This document shows, piece by piece, positions 45,615 to 50,530 of a stretch of 50,530 nucleotides of DNA. The notes under the pieces were generated by a model that ran no database searches, was not told the DNA's origin, and saw only the letters and a program-made list of their open reading frames with translations. The number at the start of each line of letters is the position of its first letter. The stretch's first letter is position 1. The DNA comes from Candidatus Hadarchaeum sp. (GTDB lineage: Archaea; Hadarchaeota; Hadarchaeia; Hadarchaeales; Hadarchaeaceae): the NCBI RefSeq assembly GCF_049969415.1, contig NZ_JBMFOX010000007.1, forward strand, positions 1 through 50,530, read 5' to 3'. Made by a program: the position numbers and the translations under genes.

Positions 45615-47006
45615 CTATTTCAACGGCCATCTTGATTTGATGTTTAGCCCCAGCTTTTTATCGATTTCTAATCCTGCCTTCATCGCCTCTTGTACCACTT
45701 CTTCTTCGTTGATGCTCGTTATTCTGCGGTTTTTCATGACAATTTTTCCATCAATGATGACGGTCTCAACGTCACTACCGTTAGCCGCGTAGACTAGGTT
45801 TGATACAGGATTTCGAACTGGCACCAAATGTGGCTTGTGCAAATCAATCACAATCAGATCAGCAATTTTTCCCTTTTCAATGGAACCGATTTTGTTCCTC
45901 CAGAGCGTCGCATCGGCCCCGTTCCGGGTGGCCATCTCGAGCACCGTTTCGGCGGGGAGCACCTCCGGGTCCAAGAGCCTTGCCTTGTGAATGAGGGCCG
46001 CCAGCTTCATCTCACGTATCATGTCGTAACAGTTGTTGCTGGGGCCGCCATCGCACCCAAGCGCCACGTTGACGCCAGCGTTTAACATCTCTGGAATCGG
46101 GGCAAACCCCGAGGCCAGCTTCAGATTGCTCGCCGGACAGTGGCACACCGTCCCGCCCGTCTCCCGCAGAATTTTGAAATCTTCCGGAGGAATCCAGACA
46201 CCGTGGGCATATATCACATGGGGACCAACGATTCCACAGTGGCGCATGAATTCCATAGGGGTCATCCCGAACTCCCGCCGCAGATATTCGATATCCTTTT
46301 TCACTTCGCCGAGGTGGATTGTAATCCCGGTTTTGTATTCCTTTGCCCTTTCAGAGATCTCGCGGTAAAAGTCGACCGTGCAGGCGCCGGGTGTTCGGGC
46401 GCCGAACCAAACATGAATCCTGTCGTTCGCCTTTCCGTGCCAGCGTTTGATCATCCCAATTGTCTGTTTTAACGTGGTTTCGCCGTCCTCAACCATACCT
46501 TCGGGAATGGCGTTTTTCTGGTCGGCGTATCCCGGTGTGTTCATCAGCGACTTGGATAAAACACCGCGGATGCCTATCTTTTCAACGACCTTGGCGATTT
46601 CGTCGAATCCGTAGCGCCAGTGCAGCAGGCTCTCCACAAAGGTTGTGGTTCCTGATTTTATCATCTCGAGGCAGCAGAGCTTGGCGCTCAGTTCACCCTC
46701 CTTCGAAGTATATGTTCCCTGAAGCGGCAGAACCCTTTCCTTCAACCACGGGATTAACGCCAAGTCATCAGCGCAGCCTCGGATCAATGCCTGCGCCAAG
46801 TGAACGTGGCAGTCAATCAGTCCCGGGAGAACTAGTTTCTCGCTGCAATCTATCTCCAGGTCCGTCCGATGTAAAGATTTCACCTTTTTTGTTTTTCCAA
46901 CTTCGATTATCCTGTTTCCTTCAACGACGACGGCGCCGTCTTGGATTATTTCGCGGCGGCGGTTCATGGTGACCACCGTCGCATTCTTAAGTATCAAGTC
47001 GGCCAT
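45615..47006 (-). CDS. Amidohydrolase (MtaD/DadD/AtzA-like deaminase)
   Basis: PGLIDCHVH, HLGE, HCPASNLKLASG, LGCDG..SNN, GSIEKGKIAD. Start taken at ATG 47006. Confidence 0.9.
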   Translation of the reverse strand: MADLILKNATVVTMNRRREIIQDGAVVVEGNRIIEVGKTKKVKSLHRTDLEIDCSEKLVLPGLIDCHVHLAQALIRGCADDLALIPWLKERVLPLQGTYTSKEGELSAKLCCLEMIKSGTTTFVESLLHWRYGFDEIAKVVEKIGIRGVLSKSLMNTPGYADQKNAIPEGMVEDGETTLKQTIGMIKRWHGKANDRIHVWFGARTPGACTVDFYREISERAKEYKTGITIHLGEVKKDIEYLRREFGMTPMEFMRHCGIVGPHVIYAHGVWIPPEDFKILRETGGTVCHCPASNLKLASGFAPIPEMLNAGVNVALGCDGGPSNNCYDMIREMKLAALIHKARLLDPEVLPAETVLEMATRNGADATLWRNKIGSIEKGKIADLIVIDLHKPHLVPVRNPVSNLVYAANGSDVETVIIDGKIVMKNRRITSINEEEVVQEAMKAGLEIDKKLGLNIKSRWPLK

Positions 47007-47096
47007 CAGACTCAATTTTTTTACGACGTTTTTCCTCTTTAGCCTTTCCAAAACGTTAAACAACCTGATCGGCCTCTTTTTGTATCTGGGGTTCGG

Positions 47097-47693
47097 TTGG
47101 AGATTGTGCTGGTCGGAAGGTCCAATGTCGGTAAATCCAGCATCATCAGACAGCTCACGGGTAAGAAAGTCGTCATTGGCAGGCGACCTGGCGTCACCCG
47201 GAGGATAACCCGCTATAATTTGGGCAAAATGGAGATCGTTGATATGCCGGGTTTTGGTTTCATGAGCGGGGTCCCAAAATTTCTCCAAGAAAAGATTAAA
47301 ACTGAGATAGTCCGATATCTCGAAGGAAACCGGAAGAGGATAATTTTTGCCTTGGAAATTTTGGACGCCCGTTCTTTCTCAGAGATAGCGGAAAGGTGGC
47401 AGAGAAGGGGCCAGATTCCGGTGGATGCTGAAATGTTTTCCTTTTTGGGCGAGTTAAATCTGAACCCCCTCGTGGTCGCTAACAAGATAGATCTTATCCC
47501 TCGAGCATACCGTGACGCTGTTCTGGATGATATCTGTGAAAAGCTGGGTCTGCCGCCGCCCTGGCGCCAGTGGACTGATATTTTCGTTCCCCTTTCAGCA
47601 AAGACGGGGGAAGGTATTCCCGAGCTTAAAAATCTCATCAAGCAGAGGATGCATGCTGCCGGCTTAGGGCGCTATATTGGCTGGTTGAAATGA
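47097..47693 (+). CDS. engB: GTP-binding protein EngB
   Basis: GRSNVGKSS, RPGVT, DMPGFG, NKID, PPWRQW, SAK. Confidence 0.92.
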   Translation: MEIVLVGRSNVGKSSIIRQLTGKKVVIGRRPGVTRRITRYNLGKMEIVDMPGFGFMSGVPKFLQEKIKTEIVRYLEGNRKRIIFALEILDARSFSEIAERWQRRGQIPVDAEMFSFLGELNLNPLVVANKIDLIPRAYRDAVLDDICEKLGLPPPWRQWTDIFVPLSAKTGEGIPELKNLIKQRMHAAGLGRYIGWLK

Positions 47694-47712
47694 AAATTTC
47701 ATTTCACGGATT

Positions 47713-48111
47713 TTAATTCCCCTCGCCTTTAGACTCGATTAGTACCGCCTCGACGGTGCCGGTTTGTCCTGGGCGGCTGGTGATCTTTGCCTTACCCAGC
47801 TCGGTCTCGATGATTGCGCCCCGAGTCAGGATATTTCTTCGAACAAAATGCATGTCGGCCGGATTTTGGACCACGGTTATGATTTTAGCCTTCTGAGCGC
47901 GGCCGGTTTTTGGATCCACAACGTTGGCGACATCAGCGTAGAGAAGCTTCTTCTTCTCGCCGCCGCCAAAAACACGCTTTTTAATCTCTTTTTTTGCCCC
48001 TTTTTTTGGCTCGAGAAATTCGCTGCCCATCTCACGCTTGCGCTTGTGGCGGCTCGGCCAGATTCTTCCGCCGCTAGGTTTCTTCAGGGATCTACCCTGC
48101 CACCTTGCCAT
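47713..48111 (-). CDS. rps8e: 30S ribosomal protein S8e
   Basis: WQGRSLKKPSGG, KRKREMG, RRNILTRGAII, SRPGQ.G. Confidence 0.96.
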   Translation of the reverse strand: MARWQGRSLKKPSGGRIWPSRHKRKREMGSEFLEPKKGAKKEIKKRVFGGGEKKKLLYADVANVVDPKTGRAQKAKIITVVQNPADMHFVRRNILTRGAIIETELGKAKITSRPGQTGTVEAVLIESKGEGN

Positions 48112-48154
48112 AGCAACACCACAGGAGTTATGTCTTCATCATATATAAAGAAAG

Positions 48155-48664
48155 TCATCGGAGGCGGTTCTGAATCTCCTCCCGGATCTTATCCATATCA
48201 TCCTCAAATCCGAAGTAGCTGGCGAATTTCTTGGTGGTCCGAAGCATGCGGGTCCTCCCGAAGGGCCTTGACTCCACAAAGCCTAGGCTGACCAGTTGCC
48301 TGATGTGATCATAGACCCGGTTGCCCCGTATTTCCGCGATTTTCGCCTGTGAGATGTTCTGGTTGTAGGCAATCATGGCCAAGGTCTTTATTGCACCACG
48401 GGTGAGCCTAATTTTAGGGATAACCCCTTCAAGCTTGGGGATGTACTCTTCGTTGAGGCGGAGGGTAAAGGTATCCTTGCCAGTTTCCACTAGGTTCAAG
48501 GGTCCTCCTTTTTTGCTATACTCCCTTTTCAAATCCTCGATTATTTTTCTGACGTAAGTTTCCGACGATGTGCCAACCAATTTTTTGATCTCCGCCAGCG
48601 TTAAAGGACGGTCAGCGGCATAGAGCGCCGCTTCAATTGTGGCCCGGTCCTGTTTAATTCCCAT
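48155..48664 (-). CDS. scpB: Segregation and condensation protein B
   Basis: IEAALYAADRPL, TLAMIAYNQ, IRG, TTKKFASYFG. Confidence 0.92.
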   Translation of the reverse strand: MGIKQDRATIEAALYAADRPLTLAEIKKLVGTSSETYVRKIIEDLKREYSKKGGPLNLVETGKDTFTLRLNEEYIPKLEGVIPKIRLTRGAIKTLAMIAYNQNISQAKIAEIRGNRVYDHIRQLVSLGFVESRPFGRTRMLRTTKKFASYFGFEDDMDKIREEIQNRLR

Positions 48665-49319
48665 CCTTGGCACCCTGCTTTGGAACCGAGATGTAGATCT
48701 CTCCGAACATCTCGGGCTGTTCTAGGGATATCTTGCCCTCGGCGCAGAGATAAAGCAGGAGAAGCAAAATCCTGGCGATGGCAACCCTAGTTTTCTCCCC
48801 AATTAGGGCACTGAAGGTCAGACTCTTTCCTGACTCCATCAGTTCCAGAATTCTCCTGTGCAGAATTGCCATGTGTTTCAGTATGTTAATTTCGTATTCG
48901 TCAACGGTATGGACAACTTTTTCAATTTTATTTTTGACTACAGGCTTTCTCTCAGGGACCTCCGAGAGGGCTTCTTTGAGCGCTCCAAGGAGGTCTTCCA
49001 GCGTTATCTTTCGGGGTGTCGACTGAATAATGTGTATCTGGCCCAAGTCCGGTAGGTCTAGATCGAGCATTTCCTCAAGTTCCTCACCATCGGTTTTCTT
49101 GGCGTGTCCGTTCAGCACGTGGTCGGACTTTATTCGCAGTAGCACCGATGAGGTAAGCAGCACACGCCCCGAGGCCCTCAGGTCGATCTCGACTATCTCC
49201 CGCACGCGCTGGATGTAAAGCCAGGTCAACTTCTCAATGTCGATATCCCAGGGATCCAACTTATGCTGCTGGACAAGCTCGAGAAGCGTTTGTATGGGCT
49301 GATCGGTAAAATTTGTCAT
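48654..49319 (-). CDS. scpA: Kleisin ScpA
   Basis: LDPWDIDI, LLRIKS, ITLEDL, LEQPEMFGEIYI. Confidence 0.92.
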   Translation of the reverse strand: MTNFTDQPIQTLLELVQQHKLDPWDIDIEKLTWLYIQRVREIVEIDLRASGRVLLTSSVLLRIKSDHVLNGHAKKTDGEELEEMLDLDLPDLGQIHIIQSTPRKITLEDLLGALKEALSEVPERKPVVKNKIEKVVHTVDEYEINILKHMAILHRRILELMESGKSLTFSALIGEKTRVAIARILLLLLYLCAEGKISLEQPEMFGEIYISVPKQGAKDGN

Positions 49320-49323
49320 CCTC

Positions 49324-50529
49324 TCAACTCCCGACTCCGGATAGCTCAACCGAATAGATCCGGGAAATGCCGTTTTCCTTCGTCACCCCGAAGAGCCTGT
49401 CGGCTACGGACATTATTGAGTCGTGCAGGGTTATCACCACAATCTGGGAATCCCTGGAGAACTGCCGCAGCATCTCGGCCACCCTCGTCCTGTTTTTCGG
49501 ATCCAAATGGGCGTCTATTTCGTCGAGGACATAAAAAGTGGTCGGTCGGTAGCGCTGCAGGGCAAATATGAAGGCCAGCGCCGTCAGGGCCTTCTGGCCG
49601 CCGGACAATGAGCCGATGTAGGCGGCACCCGATCCCTCCGGCCTGGCGATTATTTCAAGCCCACCGTCAAAGGGCGATTGCTCGTTCTCCAGCTTCAGCA
49701 TGGCGTCGCCGTTGGGCGAGAGTTCTTTGAAAATTTGGGTAAATTGTTTTGAAATCTCGTTGAACGTCTTCATAAAGACCTGTTTCTTTTTTTCATCAAT
49801 TTCAGCCATAAAGTTCAGCAAGGATTGTTTTTCCGCAGTCAGCTTGTCGTACTTCGCTTTTTCTTCATTGTATCTGCGCTCCGATTCCCTGAAATCCTGA
49901 ATGGCCCTGAGGTTCACCCTCTCGCTGAGCAATGAGAGTTCGGCTTCTATTTCTTGGGCTCTTTTTTCTAGCTCCCCCGCGTCAACATCTTTGGGCAAGC
50001 TCACTTCACCGATTTTTTTCAAATTGGAATTTATCTCTTTCAGCTCACCATCTAGAGCGTCCCGTTGGATTTGAAGCCGTTGCAAGTCGCCTTCCATGTT
50101 TCTGATCTTGGTCTCCAGCTCTCTTTCCCGCTTGGTTACCGATTCCAGTTTCTGTCGCAGGGCTTCTCTTCCACCCACAAGCGATTCAATCGATTTTCTA
50201 ATTTCTTTTTCTTTTGAATCGGCCTCCTTTAGCTTCATCTGGGCATTTTTTATTTTCACGTTTAGTTCCGTAGCCTGCCTGACCAATTCTTCGTGCGTGC
50301 GCTGCAGACCAGCCAGCTCCTCGCGCAACCTTCTCTCATCGTCTTTTGTTGAATCCATCTGTTTGATCTTTTGGGGCTCAATTCCGCTTGAGATCCTTTC
50401 CACAATCCCTGAAATCTCAGTCAGCACTTTGCGGATTTCTTTTAAGATATTTTTTGCCGAATTTAAGGATTCACATTTGCCGAGAGCGCGGTAGAGATCC
50501 AAGAATTTGTCGCGGGCATCGTTAAACTT
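49324..50529 (-). CDS. smc: Chromosome segregation protein SMC, C-terminal part (5' end outside the window)
   Basis: Long coiled coil, VNLRAI, LSGGQKAL signature, LDEIDAHLD, VITLH. Confidence 0.95.
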   Translation of the reverse strand, partial: KFNDARDKFLDLYRALGKCESLNSAKNILKEIRKVLTEISGIVERISSGIEPQKIKQMDSTKDDERRLREELAGLQRTHEELVRQATELNVKIKNAQMKLKEADSKEKEIRKSIESLVGGREALRQKLESVTKRERELETKIRNMEGDLQRLQIQRDALDGELKEINSNLKKIGEVSLPKDVDAGELEKRAQEIEAELSLLSERVNLRAIQDFRESERRYNEEKAKYDKLTAEKQSLLNFMAEIDEKKKQVFMKTFNEISKQFTQIFKELSPNGDAMLKLENEQSPFDGGLEIIARPEGSGAAYIGSLSGGQKALTALAFIFALQRYRPTTFYVLDEIDAHLDPKNRTRVAEMLRQFSRDSQIVVITLHDSIMSVADRLFGVTKENGISRIYSVELSGVGS

Positions 50530-50530
50530 T

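Noticed and set aside
47007-47288. N-terminal extension of the amidohydrolase (557-aa ORF)
   Set aside because: It overlaps engB on the opposite strand. The family-like sequence starts at MADLILKN (47006).

Overview
Archaeal chromosomal segment. Gene content (Alba, rpS8e, archaeal ATP-dependent ligase, BHB-intron tRNA, 14-gene MBH) fits a Hadarchaeota/Thermococci-related euryarchaeote; the taxonomy is inference. Most of it is housekeeping. Left to right: HMGS-thiolase-DUF35 mevalonate trio, trmI, aspS, NusA-like, alba, hypE/PHP/hycI with a complete mbhA-N hydrogenase-Mrp operon, a 1039-aa Ig-repeat surface protein, two-subunit fumarase, dacZ, DNA ligase, RecJ-like DHH, mtnA, nifU, apgM, two tRNA-Arg genes followed by decayed genes, mtaB, an atypical carbamoyltransferase, amrS, ilvE, a GH113-like pseudogene, an argG-H-C-(acdA)-J cluster, a Ubl lacking GG, an amidohydrolase, engB, rps8e and scpB-scpA-smc (smc truncated by the edge). 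The best candidate for an undescribed system is at 5191-7430. There a MerR/BldC-type HTH + linker + winged-helix protein is translationally coupled to an ExeA/initiator-like AAA+ ATPase that ends in a MinD-like amphipathic tail (SFWRRLFG). Directly upstream is an AT-rich spacer with ten same-strand TGTC repeats, mostly phased at 10 bp. This may be a DNA-membrane anchoring/partition or origin module. Also notable: a tRNA-Arg(UCG) with two BHB introns (29/30 and 37/38), and a hairpin-forming in-frame insertion in apgM. All family calls come from motif recognition by eye; no searches were run.
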